Below are positions 1 to 13,700 of a DNA stretch of 64,000 nucleotides, in pieces. Below the pieces are notes generated by a model that saw nothing but the letters and a program-made list of their open reading frames with translations, had not been told where the DNA came from and did not search any database. The DNA is from Macrostomum lignano. Its lineage: Eukaryota. A program made the position numbers and the translations under genes. The DNA lies in contig NIVC01002359.1 in assembly GCA_002269645.1 (NCBI GenBank), forward strand, positions 1 to 64,000. Direction: 5' to 3'. The first letter of the stretch is position 1. Every line of letters starts with the position of its first letter.

Positions 1-99
1 AGCAGTTGAAACTTTGGGATTTATGCATAACCATCTTGTAAGGCTTCTTGTGATAATCATTTTTATTATCGCTGGATTGTCGTCCATAGAGGGATTTTC

Positions 100-610
100 A
101 TTTTCATAGAGTGATTATCACTGAATAATCATTTTCATAGAGTGATTATCACTGAATAATCATTTTCATAGAGTGATTGTCGCTGGATAATCATTTTCAT
201 CGAGTGATTATCGCTGAATAATCATTTTCATAGAGTGTTATCGCTGAATAATCATTTTCATAGAGTGATTGTCGCTGGATAATCATTTTAATCGAGTGAT
301 TATCGCTGAATAATCATTTTCATAGAGTGATTATCACTGAATAATCATTTTCATAGAGTGATTATCACTAAATAATCATTTTCATAGAGTGATTATCACT
401 GAATAATCATTTTCATAGAGTGATTATCACTGAATAATCATTTTCATAGAGTGATTATCACTGAATAATCATTTTCATAGAGTGATTGTCGCTGGATAAT
501 CATTTTCATCGAGTGATTATCGCTGAATAATCATTTTCATAGAGTGGTTATCGCTGAATAATCATTTTCATAGAGTGATTGTCGCTGGATAATCATTTTT
601 ATGGAGTGAT
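100..610. repeat. 31-bp minisatellite
   Basis: CTGAATAATCATTTTCATAGAGTGATTATCA units. Confidence 0.95.
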
Positions 611-1759
611 TATTGCAAATTATTAGTGTTGAGATTGACTCTTAAAAATGATGATTATATCACTGCTTGGTAGCCTGTGCTGTTGCTTTTCCAACGGGGG
701 TATCTGGTCCAAAAGCGAGTACATGTTTATTATTAAACACATTTCTACAAAGGCCGCTTCGCCCCCGCTTTACACGCAGTTCTGTTTTTTTTGTCCGCAA
801 AGTTTGTTAATCAGCGCTGTATTGAAGCTCTTGGTTTTTCTCCTTCTGTTTGCTTCTCTCGATTCGTCTCTCGTGACGTGTTGCTGAGCGGACTTGAGTA
901 GCTCAGTTTAGTGTTCAGCCACCCCCCCTTCGACTTCAACAGCGGAATGGTGACTGACGTGCATCCGATCTATATATGTCATTAGTCATCTGTGCTTCTC
1001 TACTAATCATGTATTAAATTTACTATTATTATTATTGTTATTATCGATGCAGTCAGGCTCTGCACACTCCTGTCCGAGTCCCAGGATTTGTCCTTGTTGA
1101 CCCGTTTTCTTATTAAATTAAAAGCTGTAATCTGAGCATTATTAATTAACACCAATTAGCAAGCTGAAAGTTGAACTGTACTGCCTGAGTGTGTTTCTCA
1201 ACAGATCAGTAACCTCTGCAATATAACCGTTATCACTAACTTATTTTTTCAAATTTTAACACCGCGCAGTCCGAAGCATATTAATATAATAATATTTAAT
1301 ACTACTACAATAAATATTACTAATTATTATCACAATAAATGTTCAAGAAAATATGAAAACATTTGCTCGACTTCAAGACCCGTGTATTCGGTTATTTATA
1401 GTCCATTAAAAAACTATTACAAGAGAAGCTATCAGACATTGTGCCCGACTTTTGACTTGCCTTGTCAGTTTATTTATTATTGCTGGCTACTGTTAGTAGT
1501 TTTAAAGTAAAGCTATGTACTTTTATGTACTGGAAACCTGACAAGATCACGAGAAAAAACAATTACACTATTAATTTTGGAGAATCTCTACAAATAAGAA
1601 GTATATAGATGATGCACATATCACCAAGTACATGTAAGTACACTACTTAAAGTAGACGCTACGTATCTGTCGCAATTCTTGGCTAAGAAAATAAAAATTC
1701 AAAAGTTGAGTCCAATGCTATGGGATGTTCATTTTTGCTGTAAGTTGTACTCTTAAAAT

Positions 1760-3163
1760 TCAAGCCAACGACTCGACGAATTCTCCGTCATCCTCTGAGA
1801 CTGAATCTCTCGACTCACTCTTGTTGTTCATTTTGTCGGTCGCTGAATCCTCGCCAGCCGCCGGCGTTGGTGGCGACGCGTCAGGCAGGCGACCGATGTT
1901 GGACAGCAGCAGCGCCTGCGAAGGGATGATTGAGGTGGGGCGTAAGAGCGGTCTGGGAGCAGCGAATATTCCTTGATAAGGACCACACATTTGTTCCGAG
2001 TGGGTCGGGATTCGAACCCCGACCTTTTTAGTCGTGAATCCGATGACCACTGGTGCAGTAGTGGATTGATGTAGGCCTAAATAACATGGATAGTGGCATC
2101 TATAACTGATAGATAATAATAGATACCTAATGAATAATTATTGATATTCTATGAATAATTATTGATATTCTATGAATAATTATCAATACTTAATTGATGA
2201 TAATAGACAATTAACTGATAATCATCGATAATTAATTGATCATCGATATCTGATAAATAAGCATCGATAACGAAGAGAAGCATTGATTGCAACCCACCGT
2301 CTCCCTCTCGTGCGCCAGCTCCGCGCTCCTGGCGGCGGCGCTGACCGCGGCCAGGACAGACTCGGTCGTGAAGGCGCAATCGGCGCCGCTCTGCTCCGGC
2401 GCCAGACGCAGCGCCAAGCAGTCAACGCGCCGACACCCGGCGGCCGCCGCAGTCAGGCCGAAGAGCCGCCTGCTGGCCGGCCAGATCCGGGCGCGGCTCA
2501 GCGGCAGGCGGCACCGGATGAGCCGACTGCCCGGCTCCACCAGCCAGACGCCCAGCTCTGACACCGTCAGCAGCACCTGCTGCTGCTGCTGCTGCTCGGA
2601 TGTCGACGAAGACGAAGCAGCGGCGGCTAGAACCGAATCCACGACGGCGTCCGGCTTTGTCCGGCAGCGGCCGACCAGCCGGGCCGGAAACTGGCGGGAG
2701 AATGCGGCCCCGGCCACGCAGCTGCCGACGCTGTCGGCTTCGGCGAAGTCATTCGCGCCGAGCGCCAGCGCCATCGACGACCGCTGCTCCGAGGCTTCGT
2801 CCAGCCACAGAGGCGGGTCGTCATTGGCAGCCTCGTCCTCCTCATCGGTTTCGTCCTCCTTGGAGGCGTCCCGAACCCGTGCCTCATTGTCGTCTTCATC
2901 GCTGTCGACATCCTCACCGCCCTCAGCGGCGTTAGCGGCCTCCGCTATGGCGGCAATCCATTCGCTGCGCTGGCGAGCGTTTTCGGCTTGCAGAATCAGC
3001 GGCCTGGCGGGAAGATCAACGATTTGCTTTTTTGATAAATGGCCAACTAACCAGCTAGCCAACTAATTAACCAACTAACTAACTAACTAAGCAGCTAACT
3101 AACTAACTAGCTAACTAACTAACTACATGTAGCTAACTAACTAACTAACTTACTGACTAACTG

Positions 3164-3214
<51 letters not shown>

Positions 3215-3219
3215 TACTG

Positions 3220-3272
<53 letters not shown>

Positions 3273-3273
3273 A

Positions 3274-3307
<34 letters not shown>

Positions 3308-3359
3308 GCTAGCCAACTAATTAACTAACTAACTAACTAACTAACTTACTGACTAACTG

Positions 3360-3406
<47 letters not shown>

Positions 3407-3411
3407 TACTG

Positions 3412-3476
<65 letters not shown>

Positions 3477-3477
3477 A

Positions 3478-3515
<38 letters not shown>

Positions 3516-3550
3516 GCTAGCCAACTAATTAACTAACTAACTAGCTAGCC

Positions 3551-3582
<32 letters not shown>

Positions 3583-3613
3583 TACTAACTAACTAACTAA
3601 CTAACTAACTAAG

Positions 3614-3664
<51 letters not shown>

Positions 3665-6600
3665 ATAACTAACTAACTAAATAACTTACTGACTAACTAA
3701 CTAACTAACTAAATAATTAACTAACTAACTAACTAACTAGCCAGCCAGACAACCCACCCCACATCCGGCACGGTCACAATGAACACGTTGCGCCTGTCGT
3801 CCAGCTCGGCGGGGGCAGCCGAAGCGGCGCAGTCCGGTCCACCATCGCCGCGTAGGTGAATGGCGATCGGCCGACTCGGCCGTCGTCTGGCCTCAATCTG
3901 CAGCCGGCCGCCGCTGCGCAGCGCACAGTGCAGCCGCTCCCAGCGGGCCGGCCCGACGCCGCCAACATCGCCAGGCCGACACCGGTGCATCAGGTAGCCG
4001 CGAACTCGGCGAGATCGCAGCCGCACCGGCTGCCCAGCCGCCGGAGATCCGGCCTGAACGGTTTCGAAGTCGTCCGGCAGAAAGACGGCGTCGGGATAAG
4101 CGGACTCGAGCCGCGCCACCGAAGCCGCTGTGCCGGCTCGTTCGAGGTCGAACTCGCGCTGCAGGCTGCGTGCGATCCGGAATAAAGTCATGTATCGTAT
4201 ATATCATGTTTATAATGAAAATGAATAAAAATATGCTTCGACGTAACGTGAGTTAAGACTCGTACGCAAACAGAGCTTACTTTGGACAGTTCTGTTCTCT
4301 AGAGGGATTTTTGGTCTCGCAGGCCTCAATGTTTCGCAGACCCAGTTGTTCATGGTTTGCTAATCTAAACTGTGACATGGTTAACTCTGGATTGGAATTT
4401 CTAAGAGTAAGCATTTCTCATATACAGAACATATAAGTACAGTTCCCAGTATATACATGTACAGTTGCTAATATCTGAGTTGCCGCTAGTCATGCCAATT
4501 CCGCTGACTTTCTAATTATCAGGCATGTGATGTACATACTCTGTGTCTTGCGTAGCTGGTCCTCATGATCGTGGGTCTGCACACGTGCAAGGTAGCTAAC
4601 CTAGCCAATTTTCTAACTAGCATGTGCACGACTGCTTGTCTAATCGCAGCCAATCGACTGGCAACAGTTTACCATAGCAACAGGCCTCTGGCGTTGCCGC
4701 TAAGCGTATCCAAGTCGCGCTTATCAGCAAACTCATTGGCCAGCCTGAACAGGCGCAGATGGGCCTGCAGATGCCCGGCCAGGGGCTCCAGGAAGGCCAG
4801 CTGGCGGCGCTGCTGCACCAGATTCATTGACGAGAAATAGTGAAGCGCAGTCTGCGGGTTAGGGTTAGGGTTAGGGTTAGGGTTAGCTTTTCGTGTGTGC
4901 ATCAGACAGGCCCATGGCTTACCCTGTGCAACTTCTTGCGCATGTGATAAACTTCGTCAATAGCTTCGCGTCTGGCCTGTTCGCTGCATCTGGTTGACAG
5001 TTTGGCGTAGCGCTGAGTTGACTGCTCGTGCTCTGCAATAAGCGATTGGAGACAGGTCGGTTTTGGAATTGATTGACTGCTCTGTGGCTGTTCTGTGTGG
5101 AGGTGGCTTTTTGTGGAATGGTGGCTGTTCATGGGGTGGTGGTTGTTTTGTAAGGTAGGGTTGTTCCGTGAGATGGTGGTTGTTCTGTGAGGTGGTGGTT
5201 GTTCTGTGAGGTGGTGGTTGTTCCGTGAGGTGGTGGTTGTTCTGTGAGGTGGTGGTTGTTCCGTGAGGTAGGGTTGTTCCGTGAGATGGTGGTTGTTCTG
5301 TGAGGTGGTGGTTGTTCCGTGAGGTGGTGGTTGTTCCGTGAGGTGGTGGTTGTTCTGTGAGGTGGTGGTTGTTCTGTGAGGTGGTGGTTGTTCCGTGAGG
5401 TGGTGGTTGTTCTGTGAGGTGGTGGTTGTTCTGTGAGGTGGTGGTTGTTCCGTGAGGTGGTGGTTGTTCCGTGAGGTGGTGGTTGTTCTGTGAGGTGGTG
5501 GTTGTTCCGTGAGGTGGTGGTTGTTCTGTGAGGTGGTGGTTGTTCCGTGAGGTGGTGGTTGTTCTGTGAGGTGGTGGTTGTTCCGTGAGGTGGTGGTTGT
5601 TCTGTGAGGTGGTGGTTGTTCTGTGAGGTGGTGGTTGTTCCGTGAGGTGGTGGTTGTTCCGTGAGGTGGTGGTTGTTCCGTGAGGTGGTGGTTGTTTTGT
5701 GAGGTGGTGGTTGTTCTGTGAGGTGGTGATTGTTCCGTGAGGTGGTGGTTGTTCCGTGAGGTGGTGGTTGTTCCGTGAGGTGGTGGTTGTTCCGTGAGGT
5801 GGTGGTTGTTCCGTGAGGTGGTAGTCGTTCTGTTTTGGTGGCTGCGGTCTAATTATATTGACTTTGCTAAAACAAAATTAAATGAAGCAAATGCACTGCA
5901 CACTTGGACCAACTCACCATCACTAACAAGTCCATATAGGTTTTGCAGCTGCATCAGCTCTGCAAATTGATTGAAGCGATAGAAAGCTAAATAAATCAGG
6001 CGATAACAAAATCTTTATCATTTCCACTGTTCAAATAGTAGACAAACGAGTCATGAGTTAAGATTTGTAAAAATGTGAAAGCATAAATATACGTCGTGAA
6101 ACCGGGTCTAACATAATTGTGCCACCGAAAACCCTTGCTTCTTTATATGTGATAAATATGCTCTAAAAACCGCTGTAACAAGATGTAAACAAATTAACTT
6201 TAAAGCTTTGAAACAAAAAAGCATGGCTTAATAAACGCCAAAACTCCTTATAAATGAAAAGTTATCAATGACCTTCAAGATCGGCTGTAATAAACCGACT
6301 AATGGGGTTGATCATGGATTGGGAGATCTGTCGGGCGACCTCCTGGTGCATGGTTCCTATCTGGAAAAATGTTTTTACTAGAGTGACTGACTGCGTTTGA
6401 GATCCAATTCAACATATTTTAGATATAAAACACTGCTAGACACAATCCAACACTGCTTAGACCTAATGCAACACAGTTCAGTTCTTTGAGTCATTTAACT
6501 CATAACTCAGATTCAAAGTTAATTAACAAGTTCGGTAGGCTCACCTCCTCAATATAATCGGCCAGCATAGGAAAAGTTGTTACCAGACAAGAATTCTTCT

Positions 6601-8707
6601 TCTCCATAGGAAACTTCTGGAATAAAAAGGAAAAAGTCCATCAGTTTTTTCTAGCAATTTAGACAGAAGCAACGAGGTCAAATCCTGTGAAAAAAATCAA
6701 TATGATCAAGCTTGCATACCATGCTACCATACTTCTTCATCAGAGCTGCCAGTCCATGAGATGCAGCTGCCAAAGCCTGTTGAGCAGCCTGGATTTTCTC
6801 GCAGTAGCCATGAAATTCATAGGCAAATTGCCTAAGCATTTGTGCATCTTCTTCATAGATCGAAAGCACTGACTGAGTCTACAATGGAATTCAAATTATT
6901 TTTTTTAGAAAGTGGCCATTCAAATATATAAAATAATAAAAATTCTTTGCATAGACTAAGACTAGTTAGAATTTTATTAGCTTATGACTAAGGATAATTG
7001 TTCTAGGTCTTTTCTCAAGTGCTCAAGGATTCTATGTGTGCAGGGCGATCTATATTTTTACGATTTGATGCTTTTAAATTCGTGCCAAAATACTAAGCAA
7101 ACGATTTGTTATAATGTACATGTTTTCCAAAATATTTTTGCAAATTAATTTTTGTTTAAAACTACGGAATAATTTAGTATAAATAGACGTGATCTGGGCC
7201 GAGAGAGAGCAACTTGCCTTCGTGCAGTTCCTATGAAAGGAGTAAGCATATAAAGAAAGGAGTGTTACGAATAATTATAAGAGGAGCCGTTTTCCGAGTC
7301 ATTCATTTGCAGACATAAAAGCAAAATAGACTGAAGCGTATACAGTATATACTATTGAGAAGCAGCAGCATTGAGTAGTAAGAGAATACAAAGTAGTTCC
7401 TAAGTAATAAGTGTAAGAATAACCGGAGGCTGTGACCCTCTGATCTTGGTAACGCCCAAGGACTTGCAAAGTACATGAAATACATATACCAGTATAGCCA
7501 ATAGACCACTCAGGCCAGAATAATAATAAAAGCTACCAGAACAATAGTAAACGCTACTGGAATAACAAGAGAACGATAACAATTGTAAGGGCTAAATAAT
7601 ATTCTAAGAACAAAATACTCAGACTAAATACTCAGACTAAATACTCAGACTAAATACTCAGACTAACTACTAAAGATATATACTCAGATCTATTCTAAGA
7701 AACATTTCTTGGATTATTCTAAGATTGATAAACTCATAATTTATTAATAATAATAGGATAATCCTGGTGGCAGCTACCAACTTAAAAAATTAGTTTAGCC
7801 CTTTGACAACTTGGTGGCAGCTAGTAAGGCTAAACAAAATAATAATTAAGACCCCTGAGACAGCTTTTGGTAACAACAGTGGGATATTATTAAGAATGAA
7901 GAATCACCCCTGTTACATATGATATTTTGCTCATTTATGTTGTTCTATTATTTTCTATTAATTAAGCTCCATTTATTAAATAAATCTATTTTAAACTTGC
8001 ACTTAAGCACAAAAAGTTTAACAACCTATAAATGAAATTTAATAAATCAAAACAAAGAACATTGAATATTTATTAAACTATTTTAAAGTGTTAAAAATTA
8101 GCTTATAATTTTTTTAAAATTAAGATAAACTATATTTTGTTTAATATACAAATCTTACAATAAATTTCTTAATCAGTTAACTAATTTAACAACAAAAGTT
8201 ATCAATAGGACTAATAGGTAATAGGGGGGATTCCCATTTCTGGCAATTTTTGTTGCTACATTAGACCAGAATAAAGCAAATATATGCAAAATATAAAAAC
8301 AAGATATAACTATCTATCGTGCATCTCTCTAACAAAAACCAAGTTGCCAGCCCTTCATATTTCTAATATTTTCAACCTTTACCAGTGTAAAAATGCCAAA
8401 ACGGTTGGTAGCTCTAACTATTGATAACATAATTTATTATTGACAATATTGACTATAAAAGAAACATTAAAAAATAAAAACAGTAGCCAAATGTAAAATG
8501 TTATGAAGGAACACATATGAAATTTACTGAATGGCCCAAAAGATCATATTTGTATTTATTATAAAATATGCAATAAGCTTCAAATCATTAGTCATGAATG
8601 AAGTCATAAAATAAAAAATGGCTTCTAAAATCAAAAGTAAAATCACTTTGACTTACCTTGGGACTATCATGAATTGCTTCCTCTAATGTAAGCTTCCTTG
8701 GAGCCAT
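1760..8707 (-). CDS. APPL1: APPL1/2 (DCC-interacting protein 13)-like BAR-PH-PTB endosomal adaptor, 10 exons, ~656 aa
   Basis: Exons (minus strand): 8657-8707, 6720-6878, 6545-6616, 6273-6360, 5918-5959, 4923-5032, 4673-4851, 3758-4165, 2298-3003, 1760-1915. All are GT-AG and phase-consistent (1971 nt). N-term MAPRKLTLEEAIHDSPKTQSVLSIYEEDA parallels APPL1 MPGIDKLPIEETLEDSPQTRSLLGVFEEDA. BAR segment TALHYFSSMNLVQQRRQLAFLEPL parallels TMMHYFCALNTLQYKKKIALLEPL. PH (LILQAENARQRSEWIAAI) and PTB regions follow. The last exon is the least certain. Confidence 0.9.
1985..2065 (-). mobile_element. Degenerate SINE family A head
   Basis: The minus strand has GGTTCGAATCCCGACC...GGAACAAATGTG, similar to the other copies. 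Confidence 0.55.
3045..3740. repeat. (CTAA)n microsatellite, APPL intron
   Basis: Read directly. Confidence 0.97.
4856..4886 (+). repeat. Interstitial telomeric repeat GGG(TTAGGG)4TTAG in a 71-nt APPL intron
   Basis: Read directly; it ends 4 nt from the acceptor AG at 4853-4852 on the minus strand. Confidence 0.95.
5150..5830. repeat. 19-bp G-rich minisatellite, APPL intron
   Basis: GTGAGGTGGTGGTTGTTCY units. Confidence 0.95.
7100..7900 (+). repeat. Dispersed repeat; diverged inverted copy at ~25800-26550
   Basis: Shared segments such as CTGTGACCCTCTGATC, CAGGCCAGAATAAT and CAAATTAATTTTTGTTTAAA occur as reverse complements in 25800-26550. Confidence 0.6.
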
Positions 8708-10255
8708 TATGTTTTTTCAGATTTATTAGGCAGAAAAATTCAGTCAAGCGCACACCAGTTTATTATTTACTTTCCTGTTGCATGTAGCAGAAACTCATAA
8801 AAGCATAAAGAATAAAAGGTTCCTCAGAACTGTCGAGGAGTCGGTTTCTGGGAAAATTGATATATTGAAATTTCGCTACTGGGAGTCCTTGATCCTGAAC
8901 CTGTTAAAACAAATGGGCGCTAAGATCATCACGAGCTTGCTGCAATATGAATAATTGACTTTCTCCAATCAAAAACGAAAAAAAACTTGAGTTATTATAT
9001 GCATAGTTCTTGAATATACTATGAATTATTATGATGTGCCTATATATTTCTTTCGATGTAGTCGATTTTATAAAAAACAGATGGCTAAACTGATTTTTAC
9101 ACAACTTTCACCAAACATGCCTAGCCAGTGTAGATCAGAAATTATTTAGCAACATACGATACAATGTAACTGTACTGTCTTGGCTAGTAGACTGCTTTTT
9201 GAAGGACTATGCTAAAAACGGTTATCGATTCTAGTCAGTTTGCTCCGGAAGCTTGCTTAGTCTTCCATAGCTTGATTATATTTCCAAGGATTATACGAAG
9301 GTATATTTATTTGGTATATTTATACCAAGGAATAAATGATAAGTCTCTGAGCAGAGCAAGCAAGGCTATATTTGGATGAGACAATGCCTAGAATGTGCAG
9401 CGTTTTTTTAGTGCTGGTCGAACTAACACTCCGATAACTAGGAAACATGAATAGCTTTTTCCTTCAGTTAGCTTCAGAGCTTGGTGTGAGGGGGGGCAAA
9501 GCTATTCAGGTATGCAGGTACATGTACCTACCTTAATCACTGCCATAGACCATTTTTGTTTTCTATAAACAAATGGCATCAAGTCAAGAACAACTATCAT
9601 CTGTCAGCTTTGCAGCTACATTTAATTCTATTTAATTATTAGAATTATGCAATATAAATAATAACATTCAACATTATCGTGTGTATTTTAAAACAATATG
9701 AATGAACATTAAAAAGAAAATAATGTAGTCAATTTGAGAGACAATATCAGAATTGTTAAATGAACAGCAATAATCTATTCCCAATAGTAACTGAAGACAT
9801 TGGAAGCGATTGAATGCCAGCTGTAGAAGCGCAGACTAAATTAAAAACAAAAAACATGAAAACTTGGATAATACTGCTTATGAGTAGCATCTATAGCATA
9901 CAAAAATGTTTAGTATATTGCAAAAGGCATGTTGGTAAATACGAGAGAGTGAATAGACGAAAGTGCAAAAATGAGTGAATTGCAACAATATAACTGGAAA
10001 TCAATTTCTAGCAAAGCATTTAATTCTAGCTTTATATCGTATTAAAGAAAGCAACAGAGTAAACAATCACAAAGACTATAAAAGAGCTAGCTGAGAAATT
10101 AAACATATCCGTACAGTGAAAGCATAGGCTAGCTTTGCTATATATAATGCATATAAAGCGGATTTAAAGTGTTTGCCACTGAATATGAAATAAAATGAGG
10201 CACAATGAGCCTGAGAGCCCAGACGAGGATTAGAAGGCTAAGTGACTATAAAAAG

Positions 10256-10527
10256 AGGGGGTTGTAGCCTAGTGGTTAGAGCGTCGGACTCCCGACTGGA
10301 AGGTAAGGGGTTCGATTCTCGGCTCACTCAGAACAATTTGTGTCCTTGAGCAAGACACTTTAGCTGTAAAATGGGTGGCAGTATTAGCTAGGTTATTAAA
10401 TGAGGGTGTGTGTGGCGACCCCCAGTCCTTGGACTGAACAGCCGTACGCAGCCTTCAGGCTGCGGCTGAGCTGTCGGTTGCATATCTGCCCATTAGGGCA
10501 GGTTTAACCAATTATTATTATTATTAT
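10256..10527 (+). mobile_element. Full-length tRNA-derived SINE (family A) with 13-bp target-site duplication
   Basis: A box TAGCCTAGTGG, B box GGTTCGATTC, core TGTGTCCTTGAGCAAGACAC, 3' hairpins and an (ATT)n tail. TGACTATAAAAAG occurs at both 10243-10255 and 10528-10540. Confidence 0.88.
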
Positions 10528-10753
10528 TGACTATAAAAAGTTGGATATCTGTCAACTTAGGCAGCCTACAGTTGTTTAAATATGGGTTGAATGATAATCA
10601 CGAGAGGCCTCTGGGAAACCCTGGTGCTAAGAGACAGTTCAGAGACAGACAGAGAGAGCGGAGAACACGTGACTAGAAATCGTGGTCCATAGTGTCAACA
10701 AACAGACTAAACTTTTAAAAGGCAAAAAAACCCACCAATATCTGTAACGCCTG

Positions 10754-13700
10754 CTACTCATCAATAAATAGATCCTCTGTAGGATGACAGAACGCCATGT
10801 ACTCATTGTAGAACCTGGCGTAGGCAGCCTGCACAGCCGACACTAAGCTGGCCAGCTGTTGGCAGGCGCCAGTGAACACGTGAGCAGCGGCCAGACGGCG
10901 CTCCAGTCTAGGATGCCGGGTGACGAAAGCGGCAACCGCTGGCAGAGTTGGATGGACGCAGCACAGGGACACATTGCGCATGCTGAAGTAATAGCTGAAC
11001 TGTTCGGCAGTGGGCTGTAATACAAATTTAAATTTTTTTGGAAAAGTTTTTGTTTGTAAAAAATTTATTTAACTATCAACCCTTGCTACTTATCAGTAGG
11101 CGATTTGGAATATTATATTCAACATCTAACAGAGGAATTTTAAAAAGCCACAAGTTATGGATGATAAAATTGACGTCTTTGGAGGGTCGCCACACACACT
11201 CTCAATTACCCCAGCTAATGCTGGCACCCATTTTACAGCTGGGTGAATTGAAGCAATGCGTCTTAAGCGTCTTGCTCAAGGACACAAACAGTGGGATCGG
11301 GAATCGAACCCCCGACCTTCAAGTCGTAAGTCCAACGCTCTAACCACTAGGCTACAACCCCCTGCCTAAAACCCCCTTAGAAAACACTGAGCAAGTTGTC
11401 CATGCTTACTTTTGTTTAACAAACGAGTACTAAAAAGTTACAAAAATTAAAAAAACAATTTGAATGATAAAAGTACAGCCGCATTTTATCAGCCTACCTA
11501 CTGACTTAAAAAACGCAACCTTAGCTACGCATCTGTAATACCTGCTGCAAACAGCAGTGACTGTCACGTGACTGCCGCTTTAATGCCCGCTTATTGACAA
11601 GATCGGCGGCGCCCGTAGACGCTGCCAGACAGGGCGAGGACAGACGGCGCAGCAGCTGCGTCAGCAGCGGTGGCGCCGTTTTCTGGCGATGCTTTGCCGT
11701 AAAATTTGCATCGCCCTGTTGCGGCTGCTGTTGCTTGAGCGAAGAAAAAAGCAGACAACTTTAGATTTTAGCGCACATAATAACAGATGAAAAAATAGGT
11801 TAGCAAAAGCGCTACACTACTCACATAAGCATTGCAAGTAGGCGAGAAGCGTTTTGTAATACAATTTATGCATTTGGAACGACAAGAAGGGCATCTTACC
11901 TCGCCAGTTAAACAGCTGCTAGACATTCTAATGCCGTAGGTGCTCACTACCACACTGCAGTTGGAGCCACTGCGACCTGATTGGCTGCTGAGCACCTTGA
12001 AATGAGTAAATACGAGTATCAATAGTATGTGCATTAGCATAACTGCTTGATGAGGGACAAAAATCTGTTTTCTTTTTTGATTAAATAAATGAAATGACGC
12101 TCAGTTAAGTGAAATGGCGCCCAGTTAAATGAAAAAAGGCGCCTAGATAAATGAAATGGCGCCCAGTTAAATGAAATGGCACCTAGTTAAATGAAATGGA
12201 ACCCAGTTAAGAAAATGAGTCCCTAGATTTCCTCACAAATGGCTCACAATGCTCACCCGATCCAAAGCCTTGGCCAGACGGGCCCGATCGACTCCGGCGG
12301 CCACTTCAACCGCGCCAACAAAATTTAAACCTGTGGCAACAAAATTGCCGCCGCTGCCGCCAACGCCGCCTTCAGGTTCGGCAACGACAGCGGCGGAAGC
12401 GACAACAGTCGTTGGCGGACTCGACAATGTCGACAAGGTCAACGACGACGAGGACGACGACGAAGGCGGCGGCGGCGGCGATATGGCGGGAGCCGGCGGC
12501 AGTAGTGACTGACTGTCGCCAGTGCAGCTGGGCTTGGCGGCAGATGCCAACGGCAGAGGGAAGACGCCGCGCTCTCTAGTGCGCAGATTGACCCCGGCAG
12601 CCCAGCCGTCTGGGTCGACACGTAGCACAACAATAGGATCGCCTTCGACTAGAGCCAGCTGGTCCGGATGGCGCGGGCAGAACCGGTGGGCTGCCCGATG
12701 CGACGGGGTCGGCGTTGGCGACGGCTGAGCAGTCTGGGAGTCGCTGACAGACCAGATTGCCTCCCATTCGGCTGATTTGTAGAATGAGCGGCCGGCTGCT
12801 TTGGAGTTTATAAATTATTTATATTTAATTATACTGCCAATATTTTTACGGCATACTGTATGCTTTGCTCCATCCCTGCTAACCTAACCACTTTCTGAAA
12901 CACTTCTTAGCACAGTTGTCAACTCTTTTCGCGAGCGTCTACTCTTTTTCAGTAGTTCATCTGCGCATCATCCCTTAAATTTTAATTTGGCAGCTAAAAG
13001 TTTCTTTTTTCCTCGGGTTTTGTGGCCTCAAGAGCAAATGGGGTTAAGCAGGAACAAAATGACCCGTTAGAAAAGTTATACACCTGCAGAGGCATAAAAA
13101 GTGAACGAGGTGCACAAAAGAGGCAATTTGATGTCCTATTTCGTGCATGTTTTGGAAATGCACCTGAGTGCACCTTTTATGCCTAAATGTCACCAATATT
13201 TTTGAAGAGGCATGAAAAGTGTAAAATCGGTGAAGTGGTCAGGCAGTAGGTGAATTCTCAATTTTGATTGGTTGCGGCGTTAGGAGCAGTAAAAATGTGT
13301 AAGGGGCACTGGAGGTGCGCAAAAGGTGAACAGCAGGCTCACAAGTGAGGCACAGCAGGTGCACGGGAGGTGCAGAAGGAGTACAGAAAGTGCATGAAAG
13401 GTGAATCAGAGGTGGGTGTACATGATTCTAATTAAACTACTTCTTTCAAAAGACAATTAAGTCACGGAATAAATAGGTGCGTACATGTGCATTTCCAAAA
13501 CAAGCACGAAATTGGCCACTAAGGTGCCTCTTTTGTGCACCTTGCTCACCCTTTATGCCTACGCAGTTGCATAACTTTTCTAATGGGAATTAGTAATAAA
13601 AATTAACTGTAAGTTACATACTCGTAATTTGCAGGCACATTAAACATAGAAAAGCTTTATTTACACCTATACTAATCGCTGCTATCCCTTCCTGATTCTG

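Noticed and set aside
2240-3066. Overlapping alternative-frame and antisense ORFs over GC-rich exons (also 12249-12728, 41378-41992, 54314-54916, 63036-63650)
   Set aside because: Shadow ORFs caused by high GC and few stops; the homology-supported frame is the other one.
10256-10330. tRNA gene calls at 10256, 11290-11363, 35290-35360 and 1990-2065
   Set aside because: A and B boxes are present but there is no acceptor stem, the anticodons differ among copies, and all continue into a shared SINE body.
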